The notes: a model not told the origin generated them from the sequence alone. A stretch of DNA of 64,000 nucleotides from Trichosphaerium sp. ATCC 40318 (GCA_038496445.1 JALMLS010000447.1:124001-188000), one strand, 5' to 3'; shown: positions 23,591 through 38,800, numbered from the stretch's first letter. Program-made: numbers and translations.

Positions 23591-23788
23591 TCAATAAAAA
23601 AAAAAGCCCAAGTTCAGGCACCCAAAAAATATGGTATAAGAGAGGACAACTCGAATCATAATGTATGTGCGTAGATTATAAACAAAACCGTGAGCTTAAA
23701 GGGAGGTATGAGAGTGGAAAACTTCAGTAACAGAGCATGTGGTTTGATGGTATTTAAAAAGTTTATATTCTTATTTTATTCTTATATT

Positions 23789-26429
23789 TTAATCACACCT
23801 CATGTGATCGCCACCTGTTCCTTTTTGCCATATACATTTAGGTCTATACCCAGGTTGCATAGCTTTAATCACAAGATCCTTCATTTTTTTAACATCGACG
23901 ATGATATCATGTTCAATCTTCCATGAGAAACAACATGGTTGAATTTCAAAAGGATCACGAACAAGACAATCATCAAAAGATATATCTGTACAGTCAAATG
24001 TATCACGGTTCCAAGGTGTAACTTCAGATTGATAAGCAAAGTAAGTAACATCTACAGCATTTGACAAGTGCATATATGTTTCACGGTCTGCATACCTGTA
24101 TTGTGAAGAATCAATTAGAAAAAAATAAGAAAAAAAAAAAAAGCAAAAAAACTAACATTGCGTGCTGGCGTAGTTTAAAAAAATATCAAGATATTGTCTG
24201 TTTGATATTATATATTTAATAAATAGTATATATGGGTATACCAATAAACTTTGAAAGCATAAATATTGGTAACACTCAAAAATGGAAAAAAAATATCAAG
24301 AAAAAAACAAGAAAAAAGAAACCCTCTAGAGACGTACCATGAGTTCCTATTAAAAATTTGTATATACGTAGATCCAGGAGCCATCCATAATACATTCATT
24401 GACCCTGAACCATGTACTTTAATGAGAATATCAACAGTAGACATCTAAGACACAAGAAGGTCAGTCTTTTGAAAACAATTTAACAAAAAATTGATGTACA
24501 TATTCTATCTGTTGACGAAGTGTCTTTCCTGATCCACTAAAGATGGAAACTTCAACATTAGGTAGCGTCTCAATCATTGCTTTAATCTCATCAAAGTTTA
24601 CAATTCTTCTGGTGACCTACAAAGACAGAAACTCAGAACACAATTCAAAATGCTGCATTAAAAAGAAACCCAAAAAAAAAGTTAAACTTTCGTCTTCATC
24701 TACTACAACAGCTTCAAAATTTCCATCATACCGAAAAAATACCAACATATAATCAATACATACTAAAGATACCCAAAATCGGAACAAACGACATCCAAAA
24801 GGAGAGGGACAAGAATGAAAACTTCAATTTTTGGATTTTCAAAAAAAAATATCATGTTGTACGTTTTGTGGTGTTCCATCATCTCTTCCTACGCTAAAAC
24901 CTCTTTTCCATAATGTAATACGTGTTATATTGTCAGCTTTACGCTTTGCCCACTGTTTCTTCAAACTGACGTCATGACGAGAAGCCATTATTAAACGAAG
25001 CCTCTTTGTTGTTTCAGCAGGCCAAGTAAGTTGATTTTGTATACCAACAATAGCGTAAGGTATATAAAACGGCTTATGAGTTGGTCCACGCTGAACAAGA
25101 CCTGACATAGTTAAGTAAGCATAAAAGTTGTTTAAGGCACTCAAGTTCATCCTTTTTTCTTTGTTTCTCGATACTTGACATACCTGCATAGTGAATGTCA
25201 TCATTAGACCATGTCTTAGCTAGCCAATCAGCATACATTCCTCTTGAACCTTCTCTTGGAGGGTTTTCTGGATAATCATCTCTGAAAAAGAACCCGATTT
25301 CAGAGCTAGTTAAATTCCAAGTGTCAAACGTTTGAAGCATGCCTAGCATGCAATCATGTGTTATATGATATATATTAGGAAGACAATTAGCTATTACTAG
25401 ATGAAATTTATCATCTGTAAGCTAAATAAAGGAGTAAGAAAACTCACAAGACCACTTTAAAAAAAAAACTGAAAAAAAAGCAGTAAAACTTGTTTTTATC
25501 GGCTTTCACTTAAGGTGCAATGAGTGACTATACCTGTATGGTGTCTGCTGTTATTTTTGCTATTTCTGGCGAAGCATAATAAAGGTATTGGGTAGGTTCA
25601 AGAGCATTACCAGGACTCTCTAGAAACAGTAAAGGATCTGTTTTTAATGCAGGTGAAGAATTTGCATAATAGTAATGGTTGTCTATCACGTGTAGTTGAT
25701 AAACTAAACATGACGTCTGTTGTCTATAAGCATTCTGTAATATTTTACATATAATACCTAAATAGCACAATGCAAGTAAGGACACGAAACGCAAAGAAAA
25801 GTTTTTGAAAGTTGTTCGAATTTCACGCTTGAAAGTGCTCTAAATGGTATAAATCTAACGATAAAACGTTAAAACGCGCGTTTATATTATAGCGACGCGT
25901 ATTATACCAATATTGAGGGGATTTTAGGGTTTTTCCCACTTTCCGAAAACAAATCGTTTTATGGGCTTGGTAGTAGCGGTTTTGTTGTCTGTAAACGAGA
26001 AATATCAGATGCCCGCTGTTTTTTAAAAGCGTTCAACGTGGTATTTTATAAAATGATTTTAAAGTGGTTTTTATACCCTCCCACGCGTAGGCGATTGTTT
26101 TAGTGGTGTTTTAATGATTTTATCGTACTGTCCTTTATAAACGGTTTAGTCGTACCATTTTTCCTTACAAGACGCATCAGTGCTCTGGGCGGTCCGCTGT
26201 AGGTAGAAAGGCTGATTTCATCTGCTTCTGAATGTTCCACATATACTCGTTCTGCATACGCCGATTCTTGTACGTGTAGTGTGTCAGAAGACATTAACCG
26301 CCACCCGTAGAATAAAATATTTATAATCGCTACAGCCGCTAAAACAAACAAGAATATACGTCTTTTACTTATTTTAGGCTGAAGAGAGTTTAGTTTCTCA
26401 TGTAATTTAGCTACAGCCGGCCGTTGCAT
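23789..26429 (-). CDS. Glycosyltransferase family 61-like type II membrane protein (multi-exon)
   Basis: N-terminal KRR plus transmembrane segment (IFLFVLAAVAIINILFYGW). The C-terminal GT61 signature is RQQIEY|MSTVDILIKVHGSGSMNVLWMAPGSTYIQIF, preceded by RRIVNFDEI. Confidence 0.78.
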
Positions 26430-26799
26430 TGTATACCGTAACTACAGGCGATAGCTGTAGTATAAAGTAGTATTCCTCTCGTTGTAACAGCAAATATGGT
26501 AATTCTCAGTTCAAACAGGAAAAAAAAAAAGTGTTAAGTCAGGACGTTTCAGTCAAGTCTGCTGGTTTTTTGCCCATAGCGCCAAACAATCACCATTTTG
26601 CTTTGACAACTCTGAGTATTTTCATGGAGAAAGAGATTAACAGCACAGAGAGTGTAATTTGGTACAAAGGAAAATAATTAGTTTACTTTTTTTTTCTGTC
26701 ATTCTTTTTTTTCTTTTTCTTTTTTCTTTTTCTCCTCTTCTTCTTTCTTTTTTTTCTCAGTCTCATAAGAAAGTGTAGGTGGGAAAGGTACCATATCTC

Positions 26800-28230
26800 G
26801 CGCACTTTTGAATTCGGCTCTTATTCTAAATGGTGTTCGTCGTATCCATTTAGACAACAACCATTGCATACCCTAAAAGAAAAAACAATAAGCAACGAAA
26901 AAAAAAAAATTATTTATTTTAACACCAGAGTCATGTGATTGATCACGTGTCCATACCTTTATACGCTCTGTACCAGATATAAGTTTATTAACATCATTCC
27001 ATTCATTTCCGTCACATTCACGGAACAAAAAGGCATCAAAAGGTCCTAGATCGATCCCATTTAATTTAGAAGAACCAAAAAAAATGTCACGCACGGATTT
27101 TTTCTGTCTTGTCACCGAACTTTACCGAAAAAGTCTTTTTGTTGTCTAAAAATAATACAAACCCACTCTTGTTATTCTTATCTGGCATTGTAAATGCTTT
27201 TGGCTACAAAAAAGTCAAGTCAGTCCAAAAAAAAAACACCAAAAAATAATTCTTTCAAAGGTTTGGCAATGTTTTTCACGTGATTGTTTTTAAAATAGTT
27301 GCCAAGAGAAATGATTAATTTTTTCAGTGGCCTTGTCCAGTATAATGCTACGATAGTAAACGCCACGCTTCATTTGGTAGCTGTTGAATTTCCTTTAACC
27401 AGCACATCACACGTGATTGTTTTTTCAAAAGAAAAAAAAAATTAGTCACTTACCAATGTCTTGTTTACACTATCTTCATGGTGATGATGTAAAATAGGAA
27501 ATTCTCCATTATCATGTGGCAAATGAGTCCATAACGCTATTCTAGTCTAAATAACAAAGGCGATTACTACAAACATCTAGAACACATACAGCGAAATTGT
27601 TAAAATAACATACCTCTAAAGTAGCTAAAACAGGATCATTGTGCAACAAAACTTGCCTTGTATACGCTACATTGTCCATAGGCTATCATTAAAAAAAAAT
27701 AAGTACTGGAGCCGCCAACCCGATAATTGATTAAAAGTAATGTATCTGAAAACGTACGCTTATTCTTATATTTACAGTTGTGTTGAACGCTCTAAGTACG
27801 ATATAAGTAAAAGACACATAATGCTTTCGGAGCTAGTGTATATAGAGAATACTATTAACGCACGTTTTACGTATATGATCCGCTTCATAAGGAGTAATAA
27901 AATTCTTACATTTAAAAACACAAGAATCCTTAGCTATACGCTTAGACACGCATGCTCTTGGCACTATAAAAGGGTTTAATTGTAAATTATGAACGTACAA
28001 ACATTATTAAATAATACCACGTGATAAAAAGGTATATAACACGTGATTATTATCACGTAGTATCGAATAAAGCAAGAAATTAAAAAAAAAGGTTTACCTG
28101 TCAGTAAATATTGATGTAGTGGTGTATTGAGTATCTCACGCTGTTCTACTGATGCTCTTCCTATAGAATAAACATTAAAGAGTTGAATTAGTTCATTACC
28201 GATTGATAGTACCTGCAATGAAAGCAGCAA
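26800..28230 (-). CDS. Possible multi-exon gene or pseudogene of unknown function
   Basis: Short open segments bounded by AG and GT(A)-type sites, e.g. PMDNVAYTRQVLLHNDPVLATLE|gtatgt and LWTHLPHDNGEFPILHHHHEDSVNKTL|gtaagt. No recognisable domain; ends undefined. Confidence 0.3.
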
Positions 28231-31200
28231 GTAAAAAGAAGGAGAAAAAAACTATTAGAGTAGCCGTAAGGCAGTTACACATGCAGCACTCGTGATCGTA
28301 TTCTTCTTTTTGAGTTAAGTTATCCTTGAAAAAAAAAAAATTGTAAACAAAACACGTTTTGACGTTTTCTGACATAAACAGAAAATCTTTGGGTTTTATG
28401 TAAGTTTATCCGAATTCTGTCTCATTTTTTTTGGGTTCTTGGTACTGTTTTTTATAGATTTATGGCGTACTTGTGCTTCTACGTCTTTGTTTAATGGGTT
28501 TTCATTGTTATTATTTGCTCGGCGTCTTTGACGCTGTTCTCGAGTACTTTGAGACATATCTACGGGTGTTAATGCCAATTATGCACTGTGCAAATTCGTA
28601 CTGCTTTTTAAACGATACAAATGGCTTTATAACGTAGACCAAGCTTCATTCTTACCGGAAAGGTTGTCCGAACACGTTGGTACGTTGCCGACTGTACTTA
28701 ACTTCATTCACTATTTCCCTTATGAAAAACGTAATGCGAGCAACCACAACAAGGTATAGGCGAGTTTTAGGCGACGTCAGAAGTTTCTATGTTAGCTCAA
28801 AGCTATTTTCACCCAAATCGTGTAGTCATGATGTCCGCTTGTTCGCGACACTCTCATGAGCTTCCAACCAAGATCGCTCTTGTTGGCCCAAAATGAGCTA
28901 AAAACCAGGCAAAGCATCATAATCCGAACAGTACGTGCTTGGATATAGCTGCAATGCGTTTAAGGAGTTGTTTTGTAACCATTCAAGCGCCAAAAGGTTT
29001 AAAGTACATGCAGTACGCCAACAAACACTTTTATAATACATACGACCTTGTCTGAGCCAAAATCGTTGGTTTAGTCACTATAGGCGCTGAACCGTTCAAA
29101 GCCTTCGCAGACGCTACAACTATTCCTACACTACAGCCTTACACTAGTGTGCTTGCTTTTTGAGCTTTTTGGATTGAAAGCTACAACACCAAAATGACAG
29201 TATCGGTGTGGGGTTTGTTGACACTGTTTAGAAGCGTACTAGGCCTCCATGGCTTGATTTAGCAACACTGATTTTTGTTTTGAAAATTACGGCATGAGAC
29301 CTTTACTATTCTATTTAAGAAATCATCTGCACCCTACGACGCATGATTACTTTAAATATTTGCAGTGAAAGAACCAGTTGAGTAAACTAGCGCCAGGATT
29401 GAACGTCTCGTCTTTCACGTGTTTAGCGATTTTTTTTCAGTTCACCATGACTTTTTTCTTAGGTCAAGTGCATTTCCTTGTATGTATTTGGAGTGTTGCT
29501 TGCAATTATGCTATAAATGCCTGCCCTTATTTATTAATGGCAGCATACAAACAACATTTGAATTCTGACAATCGTTCAATAAATACCTATTGCTGTGTTT
29601 GATCGAACATTCAAGTCAGAGGCCAAAGCCTGAATGAACCTAAACGTGGTTCAGGATATTCTCCTGATGTGTAGTAACACGTGTGCCATCAGGTCTTATT
29701 ATATACATAACTTTTTTGAAGCAAAAAATACTGTGAATGTACCTGACGTTTCTCTTACTTCAAGCGCTACAAACGGTCTCACAAAGGTTCTTAATAAGTA
29801 AGGTTAGTACTTAATAATACAAAGAAAAGTGTAGTTCAGTTACAAAGTCAGATTCGTAAAAGATACCAACATAATAGAACGCTTAAAAAAAAAAAAGCAA
29901 TAAATAAATGGTACCTGTTTACCTTTTATATAGTTTCGGCAGTAGTTTCAGTTTGTTGTTGGTACCCAACATTAGATGCAATGACAAGAGTTAGATCTCT
30001 CATTGATTGAGTGGTGCTAAAAGGTATCGTGTCACCTTCAGGGATGGCAGACTTGTTATACTAACTTATCGCCAATAGAAGTATTATTGGCTTCTTACTT
30101 TTACCTTTTTTGAGTGTTTGCTCTACATCTCGCTTTTAAAAGTTTGGTAGATTTCTCTTTTCTGGCGTTACAACGGAGAGTGGAACAAAATGAAGTTTAC
30201 CTCAATAGTTAGTAAGATGGCTGCCAAGTGATTTTGTGACATGAACCTTTTGTGCTTAAAAAAACACGTGTTACGGTGTATAGTGTATGGCACAAGTCGC
30301 TCTTGATAAGCAAGTCGTGACTTAATAATAATGGCCATTAATGTGTTTTAACATGGTGTTTTACGTGTGTAAATACATCGCAAGTATTTTGGTTATTTTT
30401 GGTTTTGGCACAAGAGAAAAAAAAGTACACTCGTCCTGTTTAATGGCGCATTACATGCACTATGTGGTTTAAAGTATCTATGGGGAGCATGAGCGTTGTT
30501 TGTTCACAAACTCTGTTTTCATGCACAGCACACCCTTGATCTGCAAAAAAACACCATAAAGCACAACTTTATAATTGTGAGAAGTGCTGGTACAATATTA
30601 TAGGCGCTGTGGCACCTGTATAAGAAAAACAGCTTTTTCTGATTTTCTATACAACTAACACTCCCAAAAAGTGGTTATTATTGCTTTATACGCGCCTAGA
30701 AATCCAAATAGTAGAAGTACACCTCTTATTTGCTGTTAAACCGTTACATTTTTGTAAAAAGCACCCAGTGTATTGTATGTATTTAATTTTCATCGTTTAT
30801 AGCTATATGAAATTCAATAAAGTACTTTGGTGCAAGACTTTCGCAATTTATTACCAAATTTAGTGAAAAACTTTTTTCAAATTGAAAATTAGTGCAATTT
30901 TCACTACTGTAGTTGATTTTTACAATCCCTACTGGTGAAATAAATTACCACAAGATGTAATACAATGCAACCACATAATAAAAAAAATCAAAAAAGAACA
31001 GCGAAAAAGGGTAAATACAGCTTTTCTCCTCCCACACTTATGGGTCCACATTTTTTACAATGCCGTATGGCCTGAACAAGGTCGCATTAATTTTTAGGCC
31101 ATACAAGAGCACCAGCCGTTACCGGCGTGCATGTTTTTTTGCGATTTCTCAGTACTGCATGTAGTAAAAAATTATTTGATACCATAAACCCACGCAAAAA

Positions 31201-31453
31201 ATTTGGCTGAGTAAAACTGGTACAGCTAGAGCGCAGAACAATCGAGTTTACTAAAGCAAGTGTGAATTTTCTAGACTGGGATTTGACCATACGCCCGAGA
31301 CTATACGGTGTAGTCACAGGTTATTTTGTGTTACTTTGATACGTCATCAAAATTCATACTGTTATTGTTCGATGTAAATCCAGTGAAGGGCCACGTGTTA
31401 AGGTTTAAAGTGGTCAATAATGGTAGTTTTTATAGCGAAATCAACACTGCTTT

Positions 31454-31720
31454 ATGGAAGATAATAACACATTGAACCTTATTTACCTGCCTGTTGAAGT
31501 AATCGTTCATATCCTGAAGCAAGGCTCTTTTACGCTCTGCTCAGCACAAACATGTAGTTTATTTCGAGATATCATTCACAACCATGTTGGATACGGCGTA
31601 ATAAAGGTTAAATGCGAAAGGAAAATATCTCTTCTTTCTGGAAGCCCTTTACTTCAAAATACCCTATTGAATTTTGGTTTTTTTCTTCTGTCTATACCTC
31701 CACAGGGAACGCTTAGATAA
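31454..31720 (+). pseudogene. F-box-like N-terminal fragment
   Basis: LIYLPVEVIVHIL...AQTCSLFRDII; no long open frame follows. Confidence 0.45.
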
Positions 31721-32845
31721 GAAGTTAAGACTGGGAAGAAATCTACCATACATGGTATGATTCAGCATGTTTAATATTGAGGTGTTAGTGAAATATAGAT
31801 AGTGAGGTTCAACAACCTATATTCAATAGAATATTCATTTTAATCACATGACCTTGAAATTATTTATCGTAGTAGATTTGTTAGGTTGGTGTATTTTACT
31901 CGGATTATTGACATTACTCGAACCCAAACCATCCCTTGTGCATCATATTTAGTGTGGCGTTTATGTGAAATAGTGCAGCTTCGTACAAGCAAGTAAATGC
32001 TCACAGAGATGAACAAGACCAAATAAATGCAACCCAAAGTGAAAGGTAGTATATTAAACATACCAAGAACTGTGAGTCCACCAGTACATTGCTTTGGCAT
32101 TTTTAACTTCAAACCAACGCATCAAACGCTTACAGCATTGTAAGTTCATCGAGTGCTGCATGTGAAAGATGGGAATGAAGGGTGAGTACAGTTTCCTTAA
32201 TATGCCAAGCCCACCTTTTCCCCTTTGTACAGTTATTGGCTTTGACCATTGGTGTATGACATAAAGTTCATGTTTGGCGTGTATAGTGACAGTACTTGTA
32301 CAGACGTGGTGAATAGGCTTTGTCGCGTATGTTACAGCGATAATGAGGAGTACAGAGGCAAAGAGGAGTTGCGTTGTTAGTATGTCCGTCTGAATGTGAA
32401 CAAAAAGACACATAATTCCATTTTTGGCTTTGTGTTATATTGAACCAAAACAAGAAAGATTAACGTTTGTCAGTGTTTTAGTTTGTCATTACAAACCTTT
32501 TCCATACCTCATTTTATGGTAGTACAACATTTTTTTGTACTAAAACGAACAACGTGCTCACAGTGAATGAACCAAAAGTGGTACTGTCGTGTCTTTTTGT
32601 TCACATTCAGACTATCAATCTTTTTTTTTTTATCCACAATTCCAAGGTTTAAACAATACTTATTAAAATCCCCGTTTATTTATGGTTATATTACACTATA
32701 TCTACATTGGTATTTGTTCGTTTTGCGGGGTTATAGTTTTTTTTTTACTGAGTTGTTGCAAGAGCAAGAAAAACCTTTTTTTTTTCTCCCTTTTTTGGTG
32801 ATGTGGATGGTGATTTAAAGGGAAAAAAAATCATGGCTTTTGTGT

Positions 32846-35800
32846 TTACTCTACAAAACTATCTAATGCTCGGTCTTCAAATTGTGCATCTAGTCTATCG
32901 AATGGGGTATTGCTTTCGTTATCAGATGGTTCATATTTCGAGAACTTGAAATCATAATCCCAAATGTTCTGGACAACGTAATCTTCCCATTTACCGTCAA
33001 TGACGCCCTCTCCATTTATACCATTAGAAAGTATTTCTACTATTGGTTTCCAAGCAGTTTGTCCCAGAACACCTAAAAAAATCACGTGAGAAAAACGTGC
33101 AAAAGAGATAATAACGATTTTTAAGGAAAATTCAAAGAAAAAAAAGGAACGTACCATGTGGTTGTATCTGGTTGGATTTAGTGCTATGGAAGTACTTTGT
33201 TCTCATGTTCAAGTGACAAGTACTGTGTTTAGAGGACGAGAAACGGACTGAAATTCTATAGGTATCGGTGGTAACTTCAACACGGTGATTAGCTGCTCTG
33301 CTTCTCTTGATCTGTCCGTAAGCGAGCTTCTGCTTTTCACCAGCTTCTAAAGGCTTGTTGTTCAATTCAATACGTTGTGAACGGTTGTTACGGTCGCATG
33401 AAATGAACATTCTGTCCTTGCCTATTTAAATAAAGTAAGAATCGATCCAAAGTCTTGTCTTTGTTTTTTTTTTTTTTCCTTTGAAACGTACCGATAGTTA
33501 TACCGATTTGACCCATGTAAGTCTTTTTACTCTTTAGGCGGAGATCAGCGTTGACAAAGTACGAGTTTAGGACAAAGTGAGAGTCACTAATGATAGCATA
33601 GTACTTGTCAGGGAACGCGTGGAAGTCTAGAAGTTGAGGTAAGCGATGATTGCCTTGATGGTTTTTTTTTTTTCTTGTTTTTCCGTACCGAATTTTTGGC
33701 CGTTGAATCCGACAAAGTGAGGATCTCCAGAGATACCAGGATTGACACATCGGAAGGTGAATACGAATACTCTCTGTTGGTTCGTTGTAGTATTGCGTAG
33801 TGTTAGTGTCAATGTGATGGCTTGTTCTAAAAGAGAAGTGTAAGAAAAAAGAAAGAAAAAAAAAGAGTCGAGGTATTAAAGAATATCGTACGTGGTGCTA
33901 GCGTCACGTTTTGTGAGTTGAATATTGGTGCTGGACCGACAGTATCTGTGAACACTGATCCGTCAATCGAAAATTCAAAAGTGACTTCGTCTGCGTTAAC
34001 GGTTTCAACACGGACGGAGATGACGCTGTTTGGAAGGAGTTGTTTGTTCAAAGTCAATCCAGACTTAAGAAAAAAAAGTTAGTTTAAGTCAGACTCTAAG
34101 ACAAAAACAGTTTTGAAGCTCGCTTGAGTTCTTATACGTACAGGTGGTAGTGGGGTTACAACTATACCAGTTTCAGGGTTGAATATGAGAGGTGGTGGAA
34201 GTAGGTCAGGAACGGTTATGAGGCCAAAATCGATGGTTAGATCAGCGGATGGAAGATCACCTGTCCTGTGGTTGGCGCATGTGTAATCGAAGAATTGACC
34301 GTTTCCGAATATATCTAAGTTCTGGATAGCTGTAGCATCAGAGTCAATGCTGTCATCTCCACCTTGGTCTAATATGGTAGGAGAATATCCAGTGCCACTA
34401 GTAGAGGTGTAAGAAGAAGAAAATGTAAAACTCTAAAAATAGGTTTGACATACGATAAGTTGATGCAGATGATGTAATCTGTGTTAGGGTATATTCCATG
34501 TGTTGGAGTATCAAAAGTGTAGTTACCACTCGCTATAAGAGTGTAAATACATGATAAAGAACAAAAGAACAAAGGAAAGACTCAAAAAAGTTTCCAAGAA
34601 TATTTTAAGAAAGTTTGACTTACAATCTGTCGTGGTTGTGGCGTATACTACACCGTTGTTAAGGATAATAACATCGAGGCCTGTTAATCCTACATCTCCA
34701 ACATCTAATAAAGAATGTCAATTTTTTTTTTTTTGCTGATGTTTGTTGTTAGTACCTTGTAGACCGTCGCCGTTGATGTCAAGGAATACGAAATTACCAA
34801 TGACAACAGAATCTGGTAAGAAACCGAAATCAATCAGAACATTTGTATCATTATTAGGTGTTTGTGCAACAGCGCAAGCTGCAATATCATCATTAACACC
34901 ATCACCATCAGTATCAATAGGCCTGTGAAAATACAAAGTGAGTACTTGAAGAAAACCCAAAAAGAAATAATGAAGAAAAAAAACCACCAAGTCGTTTTTC
35001 GTTCTCTTCTTTTTTTTGGTTCATGGTTTTTGACGTACTGTGGGAAGCCCTTGGAATCTAGACCGATTGGTGCTGGTTGATTTGGTGGAGAAGGCCATAA
35101 CAGTGGGTTTGGACCGTAAGGTACGCAAACAGTGTATTCTGTGTTAGGATCAAGGTCTGTAAAGTTGTATCTACCATTAGGATCAGATCGAGTCGTGTTT
35201 ACAATGGTGTCATTGATGTATAGCAAGATAAGGACATCAGGTATACCAGTTTCACCCATGTCTAAAAATAACATTAGTAAACAACAACAGCAAAGGGCAC
35301 AAGAGGGGAAAGAGCGCCGAATAGGAAATTTTTTATGTTGTTTTGAAATAAACTTTTTTTAACACGTGCCTTGAATACCGTCTCCGTCATCGTCTCTAAA
35401 GATGAAATCTCCAAAAGATACACGTGGTGGTACAACACCAAAATCAATAGTTAGATCTGGTGTACCGTCAGTGGAGGTTGTGACTTCAGCGCATGAAGCT
35501 CTATCATTTGATCCGTCTTGGTCTAGATCAAAAGTAGTAACTTCAACACCGTTTGAGTCAAGTGCTGGGTCTCCTCCTGCGCCTGCGACTGGAATATTTG
35601 GGAAGAATCTTGTTCCAGTTACTGCGAATACATCTACACATATAGTGTAATTTCTGTTTCGTAGTATAGGAGGCGAGTCGAAGGTGTACTCTCCGTTTGG
35701 ATCGGTTGTTGTTGAATCGATAAGTGTACCAGTTTCATCAAAGATGAAAACTGGAATTCCAGGTTCTCCGGGTTCTCCAGGATCTTGAACGCCGTCACCG

Positions 35801-38800
35801 TTATCGTCTCTGTACACGCGATCTCCGATTATAGCTGGTGTTCCTCTGATGACACCGAAATCGATTGTGATATCGGTTCCGCCAGACTTAAGTAAAAGAG
35901 TTAAGTAAAGGTTTTCTTATGAAGTGGTTCGTACGTTTGGAGTCATTTCGGAGCTACAACTGAGTGTTGTTCCGGATACTAAGGCGCCATTCGAGTCTGT
36001 TGATGGTGTGCCTTGTCCTGTTGGACTTGGTGATCCAGAGAATCCCAAGGTGCTGAGATCGAGGCATACAAGTACTGGCATGTTTGGATTAAGGTTTGGC
36101 ACATTGTTGTTGGTCAATGTGTATGTGCCATCCACAAGAGTAGTGGTTCTTGTTAGTTCGGTTACACCGTCTGATGTGAATATTATAACTTCAGCGCCAG
36201 GTATACCAGGTTCGTTGTTATCTAAGAGGAAAAGTCAGAATCTTTGCAAGAAAAACAAAAAAAGTTTTGATAGAAAAGGGGTTACCTTGAACGCCGTTGT
36301 TATTGATATCATCAAAGACGACATCACCGATTGTGAATGGAATCAATGTAAATCCAAAATCGATATCTTCGTTAATAGTACCAGGTACGCCTGTTGGTAC
36401 ACGTTCGGCGCAAGAGAGACTATCAGGAGTTCCATCCATATCGACATCCAAAAGAGTATTTGTGAAAATACCGTTTGAATCTAAAGTTTCATCTCCTCCT
36501 TGGTTAACAGGTGAAGGAGCAACTGATAGACCTTCAATGACGACACATATAGTGACTTCAGTATTAGGTGGTAGTCCATCTGTTGTTGTGAATGTGTATT
36601 CTCCGTTAGGGTCTGTTGTTGTTCTATCAATGATTGTGTTCGTATCAGGATCGATAAGAAGGACATCAAGGTTAGGAATACCGCTCTCGCCTGGATCTAA
36701 AAAAAAAACCTTGGTTAGATATCACGTGATTGTTTTGATTTTTTTGATTTAGTTAATATTTACCTTGGACGCCATCGTTGTCTTCATCATCAAACACTCT
36801 GTCACCAATGGATACTGGTAGTGGTGGGTTGGTTTGGAATCCGAAATCGACGTTGTCATTTGTTTCACCAGGATTAGGGGAAACAACATCAACACATGAA
36901 AGAGCACCGCGTTGTGAGCCATCAGAGTCAATGTCATCTTTTTAAAATATTAGATTGGAGTAACACTAAAGTCATATATAAAGAACGTACCACTATCAGC
37001 GTTTGCTGTTGTAGGGAAGTTACCAACAGGAATTTCAACACAAACTGTGTATGGTGTGTTTGGTTCTACACCATCTGTATCTGTATCGAAAGAGTACATT
37101 CCGTTGTTGTCTGTTGTATCTTCTGCGACTGGTGTACCGTCTGTCAATGTTATGGTTACACGTACATTGTTCAATGGTGTATCACCAGCATCTAGAGAGA
37201 AGGTAAGAAATTAGAAAAGCAAAGAAAATAAAAAGTTGTTCGCAGTACCTTGGACGCCGTCTCCGTTTGTGTCCGTGAAGACGAGATCTCCGATCATGAC
37301 ATTATCTGGTTGGAATCCAAAGTCGGTCGTATCATCAACAGTATTTGGTAGTCCGGATCTTACAGGTGCGCAAGATACAAGTTCAGTACCGAAGGTAGCT
37401 TGTGTTGTTTCAAGACCGTCGGAATCTAATAGAAGAAAAAAGTTAGAATACAACAAATATCTCTTCACGGTATTGTCTTTTGAGCGTACCAATTATATCA
37501 TCAGTACCGGCACCAGTTGTTGTAACCTGTAGTCTAGGTACAGCTGATACGAATCTTACACAAACGACGTATTGGGTATCTGGTATTACGCCGCTGGTTT
37601 CATCGAATTCGTAGCTTCCATCTGGTCCTGTTGTCACTGTTGAAACAGGGGTGCCATCTGGTAGCAATAGCACGACTTCAAGACCAGGTATAGGAGTGTC
37701 AACAGGTGGGGCTAGGAAGAGATGTTACGAGTTTAAGATACGATGGTTAGTTGACGTACTGTTTAAGCCATCTCTGTCAGGATCTAAGAAGGTGTCACCT
37801 CCGATTGTTACTTGTGTAGGTGGAGGTGGTGTTGGCTCAAATCCAAAGTCAACTGTGTCATCGACTACACCAGCTGTAGGTGTTTCAATGGTAGTACAAC
37901 TGAGGCGTTCTGGTGTGCCTAAGAAGAGAAAATGAGTGAAAGTGTTCGTTTTTTTTTTTTCAGCTGAAAACTTTTTTTTGTCTTACCATCGCCTGTTACA
38001 TCAATGAATGTTTCGATACCGTCAGAGTCAACATCATCATCAATACCAGCGTTTGCAGGTATAGTTGGATCCATGCCTGTAGGTACTAGAGCACAGATTC
38101 TGAACATTGTTGTAGGCAAGAGTGCAGCTGTAGAAAAATTATAAGAAAGATGTAATAATAAGTTATGTATTCGTACGGAAGTTATCAGAGCTGATGGTAT
38201 ATGTACCGCCCGTTGTTGTGGTCTGAGCGATTGGGGTATCATCATTAATTGGTAAGACAAAGATAGGTACATTATCAAGAGGATTATCTCCAGGATCTAA
38301 TAAAAGAAGAAACAAAGTCAGCATGAAGTAAAATAAGAGAAAAAAAAAAAAAGAACAAGTTCGTTTTCTTCCTTGTTTGAGATGAGAGCGTACCTTGAAT
38401 ACCGTCTGAGTTTGTATCTTCGAATACAGTATCTCCAATAATAATAGGTGTTGGGTTAAATCCGAAATCGATTGTGTCATCAGTAGTACCAGGAGGACCT
38501 GAGGTAACATTTCCACAAGATAAGACTTGAGGACCTGATCCGATATCGAATATCAAAGGAGAACCATTTGAATCAGTGCTTGGGTTTCCTGTTGTCATTG
38601 ATGGTGAAGGTGTAACAGTAGGTACAATAACTGTTGGATCAATACAGACAGAGTAAGGTGTGTTTGGATCAACATCAGTAAACTCATATGTTCCGTCTGG
38701 TTGGGATATCGTTGTTCGTACTACAACACCGTTTTCATCAATAAGGTAGATAGGAACATTAGGTATTCCAGTTTCGCCAGGATCTAAAAAACAAGATTAG

